DNA from: Emiliania huxleyi CCMP1516
Lineage: Eukaryota
Direction of reading: 5' to 3'
DNA: 64,000 nt
Assembly: GCF_000372725.1 (NCBI RefSeq)
Contig: NW_005201249.1
Span: 86,198 to 150,197, forward strand
A program made the translations under genes and the position numbers. The notes under the pieces were generated by a model that was not told the origin of the DNA, did not search any database, and saw only the letters and a list, made by a program, of their open reading frames with translations. Below, one piece after another: positions 61,932-64,000 of this stretch (positions within the stretch are counted from its first letter, which is position 1; each line of letters starts with the position of its first letter).

Positions 61932-63270
61932 ACGCCCGCGGGCGTGAACATACACATCACGGTTGCGCGCGGTTGCGCCGGGATTGCGCGAGGCCCGAGG
62001 CGCGCTCGAGGCTCAGGCTGGCGGGGCTGGCCATCTGTCGGCACTTCCCCCTGGCGCCTAAGCTGTCCGCGCGTGACAGATCGGGCCACATGTGGCATGT
62101 ACGCGCACTCCCCGCGCGCCCCACACGCCCAAGGTTGCCCAAGGCCTTGGTGTGTTCCGCTACCTTCCGGGCTCCCACTCCTGACGTCCACTTGTGACAG
62201 CGCGCGCGTGGCGCAAGAGCAAGGTGCAAGCTTGAAGGCGCAAGCCCTAAGAGCTCAGTGCCGCGTTTGTTTCATGTTGGGACACTGATCTGGGTTGATT
62301 TCTTACACCTGCGCTGCTAAAATAAACCGCTTCGCTGTCCCTGTCGCCGATCTCGGTCGTCGGTGTCTCCGTCGTCAGGGGGGTTGCTTCCCCAGCGCCC
62401 AGGGATTTAAATTAGTACATAGTACTTCGCCCTCATCTCTCGACCGTGGGCGGACGAACCTAGGGTGGATGAGGTGTGGAGGAAGACGCAAGTTGCCCGA
62501 AGGGCCGCTAAAGCCGTAGCTGCGCGCTCCAAAGGGGCGCGAGTCGCCGAGCCGTTGGGCTGGCGAGCTACTTTGTGAAAACTGTCGCAATAACACTCTG
62601 TTACTGACAGCCGGTGCCGGCACGCGCGAGCAGACGCCAGACCGGTGCTCTGCTGAAATTCGTTTCGTGAGTCCGGTCGTTTCGTCCCCTCTCCGCCCGC
62701 GCTGTCACCTGTCTTGTCTCTTGTGTGTGCTTTTGGTTGAAAGGCGAGCGGAGAGGCGAGACCGAGAGGGCGGTCACACGCCCCGGAGTGCGGAGATGGG
62801 CGAGAGATGGATGCGCCGCGCACATGAGGGGGGCCGCGTAGACGGTAGAGAGAGAGTATAGTGTGTAGAGAGAGAGTATTCCTGTATTCGTGATCTCGAC
62901 GTGTCCTCTCTAGCGCATAATATTCAATATACCCGGTGAAAGCTGAATGCGGTGAATCCTCTCTCTCGATAACGCGCGCACATGCGGTTGCATACGCGCT
63001 CATGCGTCATGGCAACGCCCCTACACCCTACCAAAGAAACCAAACGCGAGAGAGTCAGAGATTGAATATGGGCCTGGTGATCAGCCCGCCCCCCACGCGC
63101 CACGGCCCGAGAGACACGGTGCCGCCTTACCCGCAAACTAAACACAAGAGGCCCCGTCCAACTCGCCACCCACCATCGGCATATGCAGACTGCGAGCCGC
63201 GGGTCCCCGCACTCGCCTTGCGCTCGGCCTCCGAAGCGCCTCCGGCGGGCGGCGGACGAGCGGGCGGTGC

Positions 63271-64000
63271 TCATAGCTCGTCCTTCCCGCCGTCGATGCC
63301 TACACTCCGGCAAAGCGTCGGGTGACCTCGTGCTGTCTCGGGTGTGGTGTGACTCGGCGGCCTCGCTGCCCGTCCGGTAGAAGCGCTCCAGCTGCGAGCA
63401 AAGCCCGCACGCCGACGGGCACGTGACCAGCATGTGCGCCTCGTTCTTCTCGCACTCGCCGTCCTTGGCCCAGTCCTTGCACGCCGCCTCCTTGTCCTCG
63501 CAGACGTTGGAGCACACGCCGCAGGTGACGGGGCACTCCTTGTTCATCATGCCGGGGTTGACGAGGCACTGGTCGTCCATCGCCTGTCCACGCTCCGGCC
63601 CGTGAAGAGAGGACCCCCCCCCCCCCCTTCCCCCCCTTCCCCCGACTCTTGCAGCCCCCTCACCCAGATGGCGCACGACGTGGTGTTGAAGTCCTTGCAC
63701 GGGCCGCGGTCCTGCTCACGAGATGCGGCGGCGTGAACGGCGGGGAGGTCCCTTCCTCTCTCGCGGAGGCGCCACGCGCCTCGCAGACGGAGCACGAGTT
63801 CGGGCACTTGAGCAGCATGTGGCCTGCATTCTTGGAGCACTCCTCCATTGAGGACCAGCCGGGGCAGTCGTTCTCCTGGAGGGGGAGGGAGGTCCGAGTC
63901 CGCTCCCGCGCCGAGGGAGCAGCCAAAGCCAGGCGTGTGGTGGGCGACCGGGGGAGATGTGGCCGAGGGAATCGGCGAGGGGCGCGGCAGAGGAGGAGCG
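63271..64000 (-). CDS. ShK-domain repeat protein with KDEL (5' end outside window)
   Basis: CPGWSSMEECSKNAGHMLLKCPNSC, CKDWAKDGECEKNEAHMLVTCPSAC; last exon IDGGKDEL*. Confidence 0.85.

Overview
GC-rich eukaryotic DNA with many short introns (often GC-AG and filled with simple or telomere-like repeats). Gene content (AP2 repeats, ankyrin arrays, ShK proteins, NRT2) and intron style point to a haptophyte such as Emiliania/Gephyrocapsa huxleyi; this is inference, not a database match. About 20 genes can be supported: cyclophilin, an ankyrin-kinase-RING-UBA protein, Rab geranylgeranyltransferase alpha, F-box-like proteins, Der GTPase, NRT2, class II photolyase, a methyltransferase and a sulfotransferase sharing a DUF3011-like module, DnaJ-ShK-KDEL, SDR, AP2-repeat, ankyrin proteins, ARL2, a metallophosphoesterase, MYND and ShK proteins. 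Between them lie retrotransposon fragments, several TIR/foldback elements and short dispersed repeats. The most unusual object is an intronless ~4 kb ORF (37484-41683, minus) with retroelement-type RNase H, a zinc knuckle and a C-terminal SET domain, whose stop codon runs directly into a (CA)42 tract. It looks like a non-LTR retroelement carrying its own lysine-methyltransferase-type domain. Exon boundaries were read by eye and are approximate.
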